Of a stretch of DNA of 64,000 bases, positions 31,804-42,944 are shown piece by piece; position 1 is the first letter of the stretch; each line of letters opens with the position of its first letter. A program made the translations under genes and the position numbers. Under the pieces are notes generated by a model. The model ran no database searches, was not told the origin of the DNA, and saw nothing but the letters and a program-made list of their open reading frames with translations. The stretch comes from Bacteroidales bacterium (GTDB lineage Bacteria; Bacteroidota; Bacteroidia; Bacteroidales; UBA4417). Location of the stretch: NCBI GenBank assembly GCA_038213495.1, contig JBBQSY010000001.1, positions 30,800 through 94,799 on the forward strand, read 5' to 3'.

Positions 31804-33660
31804 ATGTCAGATTTGATCAGGCTGCTTCCTGATTCTGTTGCAAATCAAATTGCCGCCGGCGAGGTTATTCAGCGACCGGCTTCAGCGGTTAAAGAGTTGC
31901 TCGAAAATGCCGTTGATGCGGGCGCAACCCAAATAAAACTGTTAGTAAAAGATGCAGGTAAAATACTTATACAGGTAATTGATAATGGTGCGGGAATGTC
32001 GGAAACGGATGCCAGGATGTGTTTTGAAAGACACGCTACATCCAAAATACGCGAAGCCAACGACCTGTTTTCAATTAAAACCCTCGGATTCAGAGGCGAA
32101 GCTCTGGCTTCGATTGCGGCTATTGCACAGGTTGAGCTAAAGACCCGGAAAGTTGACGAGGAAGTTGGTACAAGCATCGTGATTGAAGGATCGAAAGTTA
32201 AAAGCCAGGAAGCTGTTGCCTGTCCGCAGGGAACCACTTTTATCATAAAAAATCTTTTTTATAATGTTCCGGCCCGGCGTTATTTTCTGAAATCGGATAA
32301 TGTGGAATTCAGGCATATCCTGGAAGAATTTCAGCGTGTTGCGCTGGTTCATCCGGATATTGAATTCTCCCTGTTTAACAACGACAAACCTGTATTTCAG
32401 CTGACAAAAGGAAATCTGAGGCAACGTATTGTTCATATTTTCGGCAGCCAGATAAATAGTAAACTATTGCCCGTTGAAGCAAAAACGGAACTGGTCTCGG
32501 TTATCGGATATATAGGAAAACCTGAAACCGCCCGTAAAACGCGGGGAGAGCAATATTTCTTTGCCAACGGCAGGTTTATCCGCCATCCATACTTACATCA
32601 TGCTGTGGAACAAGCCTTTGAGGAGCTGATTCCGGATTCGGCCATTCCCTCCTACTTTCTGTATATAGAGGTGGATCCATCAACAATTGACATAAATATT
32701 CATCCTACAAAGACAGAAGTAAATTTCCAGCATGGTCAGCTTCTGTATGCTTCCATCAGGACCTCTGTTAAACATTCGCTGGGTATGTTCAGTCTGAGTC
32801 CGACATTAGATTTCGATAGTGAACCAACCTTTGATTTTGTAGCGCCTAAGGGGTATGAACCTAAAGAACCCACTATTACATTAAATCCGGATTACAACCC
32901 ATTTCGCAAACCGCAGAACTTTCTGAAAGCAAACGCAGGAATGACTCCTGACCGGACGGGCTGGGAAAAAATGTATGAAGGAATTTCTAATCAGCCTGCC
33001 GCACAACCGGGGAATGAAGAGAACACGGATATCGATCTGAATCCTATACAGCAGCGCGAAAATGAACATCAACTGATACCTGAGGGCAATTTGTACGAAG
33101 CAAATAAACTTTTTCAGGTACAGAATCGTTTTATTGTTGCCAATGTAAAGTCAGGGCTTCTGATTATCGATCAGCAGAAAGCATTAGAGCGGATCCTCTT
33201 TGAGCGTATAAGTTCGAATACCGGCGGACAGGCAGTTGTAAGGCAAAGGGTTCTTTTTCCTCAAACTTTTCAGCTTTCGACCGCTGATGCAGAAGTTATT
33301 TCAGAGATCCTTTCCGACCTGGATAGTCTTGGTTTTGAGATTTCGGATATGGGAGGTGGAACTTTTGTTATTAATACAATGCCTTCGCATTTACCCCCGG
33401 GCGAAACAACCGATTTTATTGACGGATTACTCGAAGATTTTAAAAAAGATCGGGCAGATTCGGCTGATAACCAAAGGATTAAACTTGCGCGCATCATTGC
33501 CGGAAACATGGCCGTGAAAGCGGAAAAAACATTAAAAATGGAAGAAATGCAGCAACTGATCGATGAGCTTTTTGCCTGCCAGGTTCCGGATGTGGCTCCC
33601 GATGGCCGAAAAGTTTTAAAGATTATCCAGGTACATGAAATCGATAAACTGATACGGTAA
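31804..33660 (+). CDS. mutL: DNA mismatch repair protein MutL
   Basis: 618 aa with a GHKL ATPase N-terminus (IAAGEVIQRPASAVKELLENAVDAGA, DNGAGM, GFRGEAL). Confidence 0.95.
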   Translation: MSDLIRLLPDSVANQIAAGEVIQRPASAVKELLENAVDAGATQIKLLVKDAGKILIQVIDNGAGMSETDARMCFERHATSKIREANDLFSIKTLGFRGEALASIAAIAQVELKTRKVDEEVGTSIVIEGSKVKSQEAVACPQGTTFIIKNLFYNVPARRYFLKSDNVEFRHILEEFQRVALVHPDIEFSLFNNDKPVFQLTKGNLRQRIVHIFGSQINSKLLPVEAKTELVSVIGYIGKPETARKTRGEQYFFANGRFIRHPYLHHAVEQAFEELIPDSAIPSYFLYIEVDPSTIDINIHPTKTEVNFQHGQLLYASIRTSVKHSLGMFSLSPTLDFDSEPTFDFVAPKGYEPKEPTITLNPDYNPFRKPQNFLKANAGMTPDRTGWEKMYEGISNQPAAQPGNEENTDIDLNPIQQRENEHQLIPEGNLYEANKLFQVQNRFIVANVKSGLLIIDQQKALERILFERISSNTGGQAVVRQRVLFPQTFQLSTADAEVISEILSDLDSLGFEISDMGGGTFVINTMPSHLPPGETTDFIDGLLEDFKKDRADSADNQRIKLARIIAGNMAVKAEKTLKMEEMQQLIDELFACQVPDVAPDGRKVLKIIQVHEIDKLIR

Positions 33661-33801
33661 AGTTTTACAGGCAGAATCACTACATAAAAGTTAATTTTGT
33701 AAAAATTAAAGTCAGGAATCAATTTGCTATGTTTTTTAAGTAGAATTCTTTAAATGATATTCGATAGCATTTCTTCCTGTAATTACTAATAAAAGCAACA
33801 A

Positions 33802-34674
33802 ATGAGTAACGAGAGATATAGTCCATCCGGTTTTGGTTTTTTGCCGCCGGTTGTCAAGAATTTAATTATCATAAACGGCTTGTTTTACCTTGCCACTATA
33901 GTGCTTGGAAACACTATTCATATTGATCTGGCTGATTTACTAGGGCTACATTATTTTGCTGCGCAGAAGTTTGAACCCTACCAGTTCATCACATACATGT
34001 TCATGCATGGCAGTTTCTCGCATATCTTCTTCAATATGTTTGCTCTGTGGATGTTCGGCACTGTGCTGGAACAGGTATGGGGTCCGAAAAAATTCCTTCT
34101 ATACTATATTATTACCGGAATTGGCGCAGCGCTGGTACATTACCTTATCTTTTATTTTCAGATCACTCCGGCACTTCAAAGCATGGATGCGTTTATTGCG
34201 AATCCCGATCTGGCCACGCTACAGCAGTTTGTTTCGGCTCACCAATTTAACATAAATGACGGCTCAGGCGATTTTAACCAGATATTTGAGAACTTTAAAC
34301 AGAGTTACAATGTATTGCTTCAGAACCCCGGCAACACCCAGGCCATGCAGGAATCGGTGAATTTTGTTACTGCTTACCGTGAGCATTTCCTGAATTTACC
34401 GGTTGTTATTGGTGCTTCAGGAGCAATCTACGGCCTTTTGCTGGCATTCGGAATGTTATTTCCCAACTCGCTCATTTACCTGTACTTTTTCATTCCAATG
34501 AAGGCAAAGTGGTTCGTAATCATTTTCGGTGCTATTGAATTGTTTTCAGGGTTTTATGATCAGAACAGCGGAGTGGCGCATTTTGCCCACCTGGGAGGCA
34601 TGATTTTCGGATTCTTCCTCATTATTTACTGGAAGAAAAAATCGAACGGTAACCGGAATAACTACATACAATAG
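33802..34674 (+). CDS. Rhomboid-family intramembrane serine protease
   Basis: 290 aa with GASGAIYG (catalytic Ser) and a downstream AHLGG (His). Confidence 0.85.
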   Translation: MSNERYSPSGFGFLPPVVKNLIIINGLFYLATIVLGNTIHIDLADLLGLHYFAAQKFEPYQFITYMFMHGSFSHIFFNMFALWMFGTVLEQVWGPKKFLLYYIITGIGAALVHYLIFYFQITPALQSMDAFIANPDLATLQQFVSAHQFNINDGSGDFNQIFENFKQSYNVLLQNPGNTQAMQESVNFVTAYREHFLNLPVVIGASGAIYGLLLAFGMLFPNSLIYLYFFIPMKAKWFVIIFGAIELFSGFYDQNSGVAHFAHLGGMIFGFFLIIYWKKKSNGNRNNYIQ

Positions 34675-34760
34675 CCAATACAATCCTTTTTCATACCTTA
34701 GTTCAATATTCTAGGGTTATCATTATTCATTAAAATTTAGAACCGGATTTTTATAATACG

Positions 34761-35678
34761 ATGAATTACAATCAGTCAGCAGGAGAAAGGATCAGAAGTA
34801 TGTTGCGCATGCAGCCTGCTCTCTCGAATTTAATCCTCGTGAATATAGGAATATGGTTTGCATTGGCGTTGGTTCAACTTGGCGGATTCCTCCTACAACC
34901 CATGGGTGCCCGTGGCGACCAGCAATTGCTTGAAGCTGTGCTACAATGGATCGGCGTTCCTGCATCCATCCCTAACCTGTTTTTGAAACCCTGGACCATA
35001 ATTACATACATGTTTGTTCAGGAAGCGTTCTGGCACTTGTTTTTTAATATGATCTGGCTGTATTGGTTTGGCAAGATTTTCATTGAATTTATGCCCGGCA
35101 AGAAAATTTATACTCTCTATTTTATAGGTGGAATTTCGGGTGCGTTAACATTCATTCTGGCATACAATATTTTCCCGGTATTTCAGGATACTATCGCGTT
35201 ATCGACCACCATCGGAGCTTCGGCTTCGGTTTTGGCAATTACGGTTGCCACCGCGGTACTCGTGCCCGATTACACCGTAAACCTGTTGTTTATCGGCCCT
35301 GTAAAGATTAAATATATAGCAGTTTTCACACTTGTTCTTGATGTGCTTATGATCAGGTCAGGTAATGCAGGCGGCCATTTTGCCCATATCGGCGGTGCCA
35401 TTTCGGGAGCATTATTTATTCTGTTAACCCGGAAAGATGTTGCGAAGCGTTTGGGATTATTGCAATTTATATCATTACTGACTGATCCTTTTAAAAGAAA
35501 ACAACTTCACAAAGTATACAGCAAGGGAAAACCGTTGAGTGATGAAGAATACAATCGCCAGAAGGTAATGAAACAGCAGAAAATTGATCATATCCTTGAT
35601 AAAATATCCCGCAGCGGGTATTCAAGCCTGTCGGCGGAAGAAAAAGAAATTTTGTTCAACAGCAGTAAAAACCGGTAG
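34761..35678 (+). CDS. Rhomboid-family intramembrane serine protease, second paralogue
   Basis: 305 aa with GASASVLA and AHIGGA motifs in TM helices. Confidence 0.8.
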   Translation: MNYNQSAGERIRSMLRMQPALSNLILVNIGIWFALALVQLGGFLLQPMGARGDQQLLEAVLQWIGVPASIPNLFLKPWTIITYMFVQEAFWHLFFNMIWLYWFGKIFIEFMPGKKIYTLYFIGGISGALTFILAYNIFPVFQDTIALSTTIGASASVLAITVATAVLVPDYTVNLLFIGPVKIKYIAVFTLVLDVLMIRSGNAGGHFAHIGGAISGALFILLTRKDVAKRLGLLQFISLLTDPFKRKQLHKVYSKGKPLSDEEYNRQKVMKQQKIDHILDKISRSGYSSLSAEEKEILFNSSKNR

Positions 35679-35723
35679 ACTTTTTCACAAGCATAATTAA
35701 ACCCAATATCAGCGAAATTTGTA

Positions 35724-36872
35724 GTGGCGACAACGAAGAAAAAACCGGTTAAACGGAAAAAGGGGAATATGTCCTGGGCAACCAAACTTATGGTTGTGAT
35801 AAACCTTTGCTTCATTTGCCTGCTTTTATTATCCTACCTTTCGTTATATGTATCCCCTGCAAAATTCTGGCCTATTGCTTTTGCCGGTTTTGCTTACCCT
35901 ATCTTGCTGATGTTAAACGTATTTTTTGTACTGTTCTGGATTGTTTTCTTAAAAAAATATTTTTTGTTTTCACTCATTGCCATACTATTGGGCTATAACC
36001 AGATAGAGACTTATGTTAAATTCAGCGGAAATGACCCGAAGCTGACTTTTCAGAAAAGCCTGAAAGTGTTGACGTATAATGTGAGATTATTCGATCTGTA
36101 TAACTGGCACAGCTTATCCAGTAAATCAACCCGTTCGGCCATTTTCGAACTGTTTCGAACGGAGTCACCTGATATTCTTTGTCTGCAGGAATATTACAGC
36201 GGTGCCGGAAAACATGCCGATTTTGCCGACAGCATTTGCGACCGTGTTGGATATAAATACAGGAGCATTGAACTGATAAATAAAGAAAAGGCAGGTTTGC
36301 CGTATGGTCTGGCTATTTTTAGCAAATACCCGATTGTGAGCAGGCAAAAGCTGGAGTTCCCGAACAGCAAAGTTAATTTCTGTCAATCGTGTGATATCGT
36401 TATTGGCAAGGATACAATAAGGGTTATGAACCTGCATTTTGAATCGGTTAAATTCGGAAAAGAAGATTATAATTTTGTGAGTGAAATAACCAATACGCCT
36501 GCGGCAAACGATAAACTTAAGAAAGGATCAACAGCGATAATTGACAAGATGAGGTTTGCATATGTTAAACGTTCCGTTCAAACAGATGTTGTTGCAGGAT
36601 TTATAAGGAAATCGCCCTACCCGGTAATACTTTGCGGCGATTTTAATGATACACCGGTTTCGTATAGCTACAGGCAAATCAGCAATCAACTGGACGACGC
36701 TTTTGTTGATGCAGGTAAAGGGCTGGGTCAGACTCATACCCATATACTTCCATTGCTCCGGATCGATTATATTTTTCATTCCAAGGCGCTGCATACGGTT
36801 GAGCAAAAAACAATTGAAAAAGATTATTCGGATCATTACCCCGTGGTAGCCCGGTTTAATCTGCCTGAATAG
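35724..36872 (+). CDS. Endonuclease/exonuclease/phosphatase (EEP) family protein, membrane-anchored
   Basis: 382 aa with GTG start (alternative ATG at 35769). It has N-terminal TM helices, and EEP motifs LCLQE, GDFN and SDHYPV. Confidence 0.8.
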   Translation: MATTKKKPVKRKKGNMSWATKLMVVINLCFICLLLLSYLSLYVSPAKFWPIAFAGFAYPILLMLNVFFVLFWIVFLKKYFLFSLIAILLGYNQIETYVKFSGNDPKLTFQKSLKVLTYNVRLFDLYNWHSLSSKSTRSAIFELFRTESPDILCLQEYYSGAGKHADFADSICDRVGYKYRSIELINKEKAGLPYGLAIFSKYPIVSRQKLEFPNSKVNFCQSCDIVIGKDTIRVMNLHFESVKFGKEDYNFVSEITNTPAANDKLKKGSTAIIDKMRFAYVKRSVQTDVVAGFIRKSPYPVILCGDFNDTPVSYSYRQISNQLDDAFVDAGKGLGQTHTHILPLLRIDYIFHSKALHTVEQKTIEKDYSDHYPVVARFNLPE

Positions 36873-36958
36873 CCCGCTTGTTGTTCAAGGGAATCCGTTC
36901 CGGTTTGGATAACTCCCTGTGGAACAGGCAGACTAATTCATAAAGAAAGCAATAAGGC

Positions 36959-38986
36959 ATGAAATTTAAACTTACTTCTGATTATCTGCCTACCGGCGAT
37001 CAGCCTGAAGCCATAAAACAACTCACCGAAGGGGTTGTGAGAGGCGATCATGCCCAGGTGTTGCTTGGTGTGACAGGTTCGGGTAAAACATTTTCAATTG
37101 CCAACCTTATACAGCAGGTGCAACGGCCTACCCTGGTACTTAGCCATAATAAAACATTGGCGGCCCAGTTGTACAGCGAATTCAAACAGTTTTTTCCTGA
37201 AAACGCAGTCGAATTTTTTATTTCTTATTACGACTACTATCAGCCGGAAGCGTTTATTCCGGTTACCAATACCTATATTGAGAAGGATCTTTCCATCAAT
37301 GAAGAAATTGAAAAATTAAGGCTCAGCGCAACCTCAGCCTTGCTTTCGGGCAGACGGGATGTAATTGTAGTCGCTTCTGTATCATGTATTTACGGTATTG
37401 GTAATCCGGATGATTTTAATAACAAGGTTATCCATATTTCAAAAGGCGACAAACTGAGCCGGAACAAGTTACTAAATGCGCTTGTAGAAAGTTTGTATTC
37501 ACGCAATGAATTTGACCTGACCCGTGGGAAATTCAGGGTAAAAGGCGATACGGTGGATGTGTTTCCGGCTTCGGCTGATATTGCTTACCGCATCATATTT
37601 TTTGGTGATGAAATCGAAAGCCTGGCTTCATTTGACCCTGTTAACGGACTCACCATCGAAACGCTTAATGAAATTACGGTATTCCCGGCCAATATCTTCG
37701 TCACTTCAAAGGAAAAGATGAAGGAAGCCATTTGGGAAATACAGGCCGATATGGTGAAACAGGTGGATTATTTCAAGGAAATAGGACGTCCGCTTGAAGC
37801 AAAAAGGCTGGAAGAGCGAGTTACCTATGATATTGAAATGATGCGTGAGCTTGGGTATTGCTCTGGTATTGAAAACTATAGCAGGTATTTTGATGGTCGT
37901 GTTTCAGGTTCCAGGCCTTTCTGCCTGATTGATTTCTTCCCTTCCGACTTCCTTATGGTAATTGATGAAAGTCATGCCACAGTGCCCCAAGTCAGGGCAA
38001 TGTATGGTGGGGATCGCTCACGCAAACAGAACCTGGTCGAATACGGATTCAGGCTTCCTTCGGCTCTCGACAACCGTCCGCTCAAATTTGAGGAGTTCGA
38101 AACTTTGTTAAGCCAGGTTATCTATGTTACCGCCACTCCATCGGATTATGAGCTAAACCAGTCACAGGGTGTTGTTGTTGAACAGCTTATCAGGCCAACA
38201 GGGCTCCTCGATCCACAGATTGAAGTAAAGCCCAGCCTCAACCAGATTGATGATCTGTTGAATGAAATTGAACTCCGTACAGTAAAAAATGAGAGAGTTC
38301 TCGTTACAACCCTTACCAAGCGGATGGCCGAAGAACTTTCAAAATACCTGCTCAGGCTTGGTATCCGGTGTAAATATATTCATTCGGAAGTAGATACGCT
38401 CGACCGGGTTGAAATTCTCCGCGATTTGCGGTTAGGATCCATCGATGTACTTATCGGAGTAAACCTGTTGCGGGAAGGCCTGGATTTGCCGGAAGTTTCG
38501 TTGGTGGCTATTTTGGATGCAGATAAAGAGGGATTTCTGCGTTCGGAGAAATCACTGACCCAAACCGCCGGGCGCGCAGCCAGGAATATCAACAGCAAAG
38601 TTATTTTTTACGCCGATAAAATAACTTATTCCATGCAACGCACCATTGACGAAACAAACCGCAAGCGCGCCATACAGATTGCTTATAATACAAAGCATAA
38701 CATCACTCCTACCCAGATAATCAAAAATATTGAAGCTTCCGGCTTTTCGGGTAGTGTTGAATACAAAACCGATCCGAAGGCGTATGTGGAAAAAGATACA
38801 ATTAACACGGCAGCAGACCCGGTTGTGAAATATCTGAATGACGATCAGCTTAAAAAACTGTACGACGCGTCGCGGAAAGCCATGGAGAAAGCAGCCAAAG
38901 AACTCGATTTTATCGAAGCTGCCCGACTGCGCGACGAAATGCTTGGTTATAAAGAACTTATGGAACAAAAGAAAAAGAGCAGGTAA
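36959..38986 (+). CDS. uvrB: Excinuclease ABC subunit B
   Basis: 675 aa with GVTGSGKT Walker A, DESH, helicase motifs and a C-terminal UVR domain (AAKELDFIEAARLRDE). Confidence 0.97.
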   Translation: MKFKLTSDYLPTGDQPEAIKQLTEGVVRGDHAQVLLGVTGSGKTFSIANLIQQVQRPTLVLSHNKTLAAQLYSEFKQFFPENAVEFFISYYDYYQPEAFIPVTNTYIEKDLSINEEIEKLRLSATSALLSGRRDVIVVASVSCIYGIGNPDDFNNKVIHISKGDKLSRNKLLNALVESLYSRNEFDLTRGKFRVKGDTVDVFPASADIAYRIIFFGDEIESLASFDPVNGLTIETLNEITVFPANIFVTSKEKMKEAIWEIQADMVKQVDYFKEIGRPLEAKRLEERVTYDIEMMRELGYCSGIENYSRYFDGRVSGSRPFCLIDFFPSDFLMVIDESHATVPQVRAMYGGDRSRKQNLVEYGFRLPSALDNRPLKFEEFETLLSQVIYVTATPSDYELNQSQGVVVEQLIRPTGLLDPQIEVKPSLNQIDDLLNEIELRTVKNERVLVTTLTKRMAEELSKYLLRLGIRCKYIHSEVDTLDRVEILRDLRLGSIDVLIGVNLLREGLDLPEVSLVAILDADKEGFLRSEKSLTQTAGRAARNINSKVIFYADKITYSMQRTIDETNRKRAIQIAYNTKHNITPTQIIKNIEASGFSGSVEYKTDPKAYVEKDTINTAADPVVKYLNDDQLKKLYDASRKAMEKAAKELDFIEAARLRDEMLGYKELMEQKKKSR

Positions 38987-38987
38987 T

Positions 38988-39806
38988 ATGCAGCAACTAA
39001 CCGAAAATCTTATCAGTAAGGCACTTCAGGCTGCATTCAAGGCCGGGGAAGCAATAATGGCAGTGTACCTGGAACCGTTTGATGTTGAACTAAAACCGGA
39101 TAAAAGTCCGATTACAATTGCTGATAAAACAGCGCATGCCATCATTGCTGAAGGTCTTTCGGATACCGGAATTCCATTGTTAAGCGAAGAAGGAGATCCA
39201 GTAAGCTATGAAATCCGTAAAACCTGGGAACAATTCTGGTTGGTTGATCCCCTTGATGGTACAAAGGAATTCGTTAAACGAAATGGCGATTTTACGGTAA
39301 ATATTGCTCTGATCAATGATCAGAAACCTGTTTTCGGAGTAGTTTATGCCCCGGTTCAGGGTTTTATGTATTGGGGAAGCCAGTCAGGTTCGTTCCGGTT
39401 GAATCTGAAACAGCTAAATTCAACAGAATTAAATGACTATCAACGGGTTAAACTCCTGGCGGAAAAGCTTCCTTGTGTATCGGAGCATGAGCAATACCTG
39501 GTTTTAGGAAGCCGGTCGCATATGAATGCTGAAACGGAATCGTTTATAAATATTTTAAAAAATACATATCCCGATCTTACTTTTGTTTCAAGAGGCAGCT
39601 CACTTAAATTCTGCACCCTGGCCGAAGGCGGTGCGGATGTTTACCCGCGTTTCGGACCAACCATGGAATGGGATACTGCTGCAGGTCATGCGGTTGCATT
39701 TTATGCCGGATGTGATGTTAATCAGTGCGGGAACGGCTTGCCGCTTGTGTACAATAAACCTGCCCTTTTAAACCCCGATTTCATCGCTGAACGCAAAAAA
39801 AAATGA
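38988..39806 (+). CDS. cysQ: 3'(2'),5'-bisphosphate nucleotidase CysQ (inositol monophosphatase family)
   Basis: The start is taken at ATG 38988, 1 nt after the uvrB stop. Motifs are WLVDPLDGT and EWDTAAG. Confidence 0.85.
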   Translation: MQQLTENLISKALQAAFKAGEAIMAVYLEPFDVELKPDKSPITIADKTAHAIIAEGLSDTGIPLLSEEGDPVSYEIRKTWEQFWLVDPLDGTKEFVKRNGDFTVNIALINDQKPVFGVVYAPVQGFMYWGSQSGSFRLNLKQLNSTELNDYQRVKLLAEKLPCVSEHEQYLVLGSRSHMNAETESFINILKNTYPDLTFVSRGSSLKFCTLAEGGADVYPRFGPTMEWDTAAGHAVAFYAGCDVNQCGNGLPLVYNKPALLNPDFIAERKKK

Positions 39807-39828
39807 GGTCACCCTTCGGTAACCTCAT
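39795..39828 (-). terminator. Intrinsic terminator for the FKBP operon; the hairpin contains the cysQ stop codon
   Basis: Stem ATGAGGT(C)ACC / GGT(A)ACCTCAT. On the minus strand it is followed by a U-run (the A-run at 39795-39803 on the plus strand). Confidence 0.65.
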
Positions 39829-39853
39829 CTCCTTAATTATAAGTTTACGTTTC

Positions 39854-41218
39854 CTATTTGTCGCTGATACTGATTAGTTCAACATCAAAAACCAAAGGTG
39901 AATAAGCCGGAATATCACCACCTGCTCCGCGCTCGCCATAAGCAAGTTTCGAAGGGATAATAAGTGTAGCTTTTCCGCCTGCGCTCATCAGGGCAATTCC
40001 TTCGTCCCAACCCGGAATAACCTGTCCCTGGCCCATTGTGAATTCGAATGGAGTTACAGGCTCTCTGGTCAACGATGAATCAAACACCTTACCATTGAAC
40101 AATTTACCGGTATAATGAACTTTTACCTTGTTTCCGGCTTTTGCGTTGGCACCCTTACCCTTTACTTTCTCAATATAATAAAGTCCGCTGGCGGTTGGTT
40201 TAGCCGTTATTTTATTATCCTTTACATATTGCTGAATAAGGACGGGCTCTTTAGCCATTGCTTCAGAAGCATCTTTCTTTGCTTTGGCTTCCTCATCTTT
40301 TTTTGCTTTTTCGTTCTCAACTTTGGTTTTCAGATCAAGCACTTCAATATCGTATACCACAGGTGAAAACGGGGAAATGATATCCTGCCCGCTCATATCC
40401 TTTTTACCTGCATCGCCGAATCCCATGGCAGAGGGAACAACAACCGTTGCCTTGCTTCCTTTTTTCATAGCCGCAACAGCTTCATCAAAACCTTTGGTAT
40501 CGAAAGGCTGGCCATATTCGAAAGTGATAGGTTTGTTTTTATCCAGAGTGGAGAAAATTTTCTTACCATCAATAGAAGAAACGGTCAGATTGATTTTAAC
40601 AAAATCTGTTTTTTGAATGCTGCGTCCTGATCCCGGATTTTGCGTAATTACATATATTCCAGTGGCTGAAGGAGCTGCGGTTACATTGTTTTTAGCAATA
40701 TAAGCTTGAATTTTACCAGATTCTTCACCTTTTAATTTTTCGGCTTTTGCTGCTTCGGCTTTCTGGCGGGCTTCTATGGTTTCGACATTCAGTAGCTTTA
40801 CATCAAAGTAAATCATTGTAGTACTGTCGATTCCCTCAGGCAATTGCGGGTATTTAGCTGTTTTTGTGAAAAAATCTTTAGCATTCAGGATGAATGTAGC
40901 GCTGTCTCCTTTATGAAGCATGCCAAACGCTTCGTAAATATCTCCTTTAAATTCTGATTTTTTCTGTTCAATTTCAAAAGGTTTGGGCGAATCAGCCGAA
41001 TTGAACAATACCGAGTCTTTGTCTGCAATTTTCAGCCTGTATTTTATGTTCATAGTGAGAATGCTTCCTTCGGCAGCTTTGGCAGTATCTTTACTTTCTA
41101 CATAATATTTGTAAAAAATACCACTATCTGTTTTTTTGAAGCCAGGGTATTTTGAGCATGAGGTAATCATTATTGTAGCGATTACAGCTCCCAGGGTAAT
41201 AATTGTTCTGATTTTCAT
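39854..41218 (-). CDS. Multi-domain FKBP-type peptidyl-prolyl cis-trans isomerase, lipoprotein
   Basis: 454 aa with signal peptide ITSC. The C-terminal FKBP domain is canonical (VHYTGKLFNGKVFDSS...IPGWDEG...YGERGAGGDIPAYSPLVFDVEL), preceded by two degenerate copies. Confidence 0.85.
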   Translation of the reverse strand: MKIRTIITLGAVIATIMITSCSKYPGFKKTDSGIFYKYYVESKDTAKAAEGSILTMNIKYRLKIADKDSVLFNSADSPKPFEIEQKKSEFKGDIYEAFGMLHKGDSATFILNAKDFFTKTAKYPQLPEGIDSTTMIYFDVKLLNVETIEARQKAEAAKAEKLKGEESGKIQAYIAKNNVTAAPSATGIYVITQNPGSGRSIQKTDFVKINLTVSSIDGKKIFSTLDKNKPITFEYGQPFDTKGFDEAVAAMKKGSKATVVVPSAMGFGDAGKKDMSGQDIISPFSPVVYDIEVLDLKTKVENEKAKKDEEAKAKKDASEAMAKEPVLIQQYVKDNKITAKPTASGLYYIEKVKGKGANAKAGNKVKVHYTGKLFNGKVFDSSLTREPVTPFEFTMGQGQVIPGWDEGIALMSAGGKATLIIPSKLAYGERGAGGDIPAYSPLVFDVELISISDK

Positions 41219-41258
41219 TTTAGTTTAAGGGTTTCAGTTTATTTTAATGGTTGGTAAA

Positions 41259-41792
41259 TTATTTTAAATCAATGAGTTTTAATGTGTAAATAAGTGTTGC
41301 TTTCGGAGGGATACGGTCCTGATCGCCTGATAATCCATGAGCCAGGTATGAGGGGATTATCAACCTGGCTTTATCTCCTACTCTCAACAGCAGTATTCCT
41401 TCTTCCAGGCCGCTTTCAACGCCTCCACTGCCTATCCTGAATTCTTTAGCTCCGGTTTTTTCAGAAGTGTACACCTCTTCTCCCGAAATCAGTTTAACGT
41501 CGTAGTCAAATTTTATTATTTTCCCGGAAATCGTTTCAGGACCGTTTCCTTTTTCAAGTACCTGGTATCGTAAGCCGGTAGCGGTTTTAATCATCTTCCA
41601 TCCCGAATGGCTAACCATTGAATCTATCTGTGTATTTTCGATTTCAATGGCAGCTTTGTTTGCCTCCATCAATTTTTCGGTAACCTGCTCCTGGCTTAAA
41701 TTGGGGGCATCACTGCCATTTTTTATATGCTTACACGAAACCAAGCCAAAAGCAACGCAGACCCATATTACGAGAATATACTTTCCTGTCAT
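41259..41792 (-). CDS. FKBP-type peptidyl-prolyl cis-trans isomerase, lipoprotein
   Basis: The start is taken at internal MTGKYILVIW..LVSC. An FKBP domain lies at the C-terminus (IPSYLAHGLSGDQDRIPPKATLIYTLKL). Confidence 0.8.
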   Translation of the reverse strand: MTGKYILVIWVCVAFGLVSCKHIKNGSDAPNLSQEQVTEKLMEANKAAIEIENTQIDSMVSHSGWKMIKTATGLRYQVLEKGNGPETISGKIIKFDYDVKLISGEEVYTSEKTGAKEFRIGSGGVESGLEEGILLLRVGDKARLIIPSYLAHGLSGDQDRIPPKATLIYTLKLIDLK

Positions 41793-41794
41793 GC

Positions 41795-42832
41795 CTATTG
41801 GTAATTTGAAAGTGATTGGTGAATTTCGTCCCGATACTGTGGCAACAGGGATTCGAACCATGCCAAAGCTTCGGTCATGCTTTTCATAATATCACCACCG
41901 GCTGCATTCCTGTGTCCACCTCCGTTAAAGTGAGCACGGGCAAACTCATTCACCGAAAACTCGCCTTTGCTTCGCAAAGAAACACGTATCCGGTCGTCGC
42001 GTTCGGTAAACAAAGCTGCTACTGCAACATTTTGAATACTTAGCGCATAGTTTACAACACCTTCGGTATCACCTTGCTGGTAATTATAGTTTTCGAGATC
42101 TTCTTTTGTGAGCCAGATATAAGCGGTTGCATATTGGGGTAGCACTTTCAGATTTGAACCCAGGCAGTGACCAAGTAAACGCATGCGGCTTTCGGAATAG
42201 GTGTCGTACACCATTCGATGGACTCTTTCCACATCAAGGCCTGTATTGATGAGGTTTGCGGCAATTTCGAACGTTTCGGGGCGGTTACAGGCAAAACTGA
42301 ATGATCCGGTATCTGTCATAATGCCGACAAAGAAACATTCGGCCATCTTTTTTGTAATGGAAGAGGAGAATCCCGCTTCATCAAGAATCTGGTACAGGAG
42401 TTCGGCAGTTGACGAAACACCAGTAACAGAGAATATGAGATCGAACTCGTTTTCGGGTTGTATATGATGATCAATGATAATACGTGTGGCTTTGGCAGCT
42501 CTGAGTTCTTCGGTAAATAGCTTAACCCTGTTCAGGGCATTGTAATCCATGCAGAAAATAAGGTCAGCAGAGGCGATCAATGCATTTGCCGTTTCCGGGT
42601 TTTCAAGGTAAATAATCGCCTTCTCGGTACCAGGCATCCACTGTAAAAATGAAGGGAGCTCATTTGGGATTAAAACAGTTGCATTGATTCCCTGTGAAAT
42701 CAGAAAATGATACAGCGCCAGCGAAGAGCCTATTGCATCTCCGTCAGGATTGTAATGTGTTGTGATAAGCACATCAGTCTTTTCCCCGAGTAATGTTTTT
42801 AAATAAGTAAGCGAAGTTTCTGAAATGCCCAA
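41795..42832 (-). CDS. DHH/DHHA1-family phosphoesterase (NrnA-like oligoribonuclease/pAp phosphatase)
   Basis: Motifs are [14 protein letters not shown] (IIDHH) and GGGH. The ORF-track ATG (42976) would overrun the ndk start, so TTG at 42832 is the likely start. Confidence 0.75.
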   Translation of the reverse strand: MGISETSLTYLKTLLGEKTDVLITTHYNPDGDAIGSSLALYHFLISQGINATVLIPNELPSFLQWMPGTEKAIIYLENPETANALIASADLIFCMDYNALNRVKLFTEELRAAKATRIIIDHHIQPENEFDLIFSVTGVSSTAELLYQILDEAGFSSSITKKMAECFFVGIMTDTGSFSFACNRPETFEIAANLINTGLDVERVHRMVYDTYSESRMRLLGHCLGSNLKVLPQYATAYIWLTKEDLENYNYQQGDTEGVVNYALSIQNVAVAALFTERDDRIRVSLRSKGEFSVNEFARAHFNGGGHRNAAGGDIMKSMTEALAWFESLLPQYRDEIHQSLSNYQ

Positions 42833-42944
42833 GATACTTTTATTAAACAGGATTATTTTTTGCAAAATTACCGATTTAAACTTTATGTTAGTAATATTCC
42901 TGAATTTAAAGCTTAAATTTGTGCCAGCAACAATTTTACGAATT

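Noticed and set aside
38838-38987. 5' extension of the cysQ ORF overlapping the last 150 nt of uvrB
   Set aside because: The extension translates to a non-conserved basic peptide inside the uvrB UVR-domain coding sequence. ATG 38988, 1 nt after the uvrB stop, gives a normal-length CysQ.
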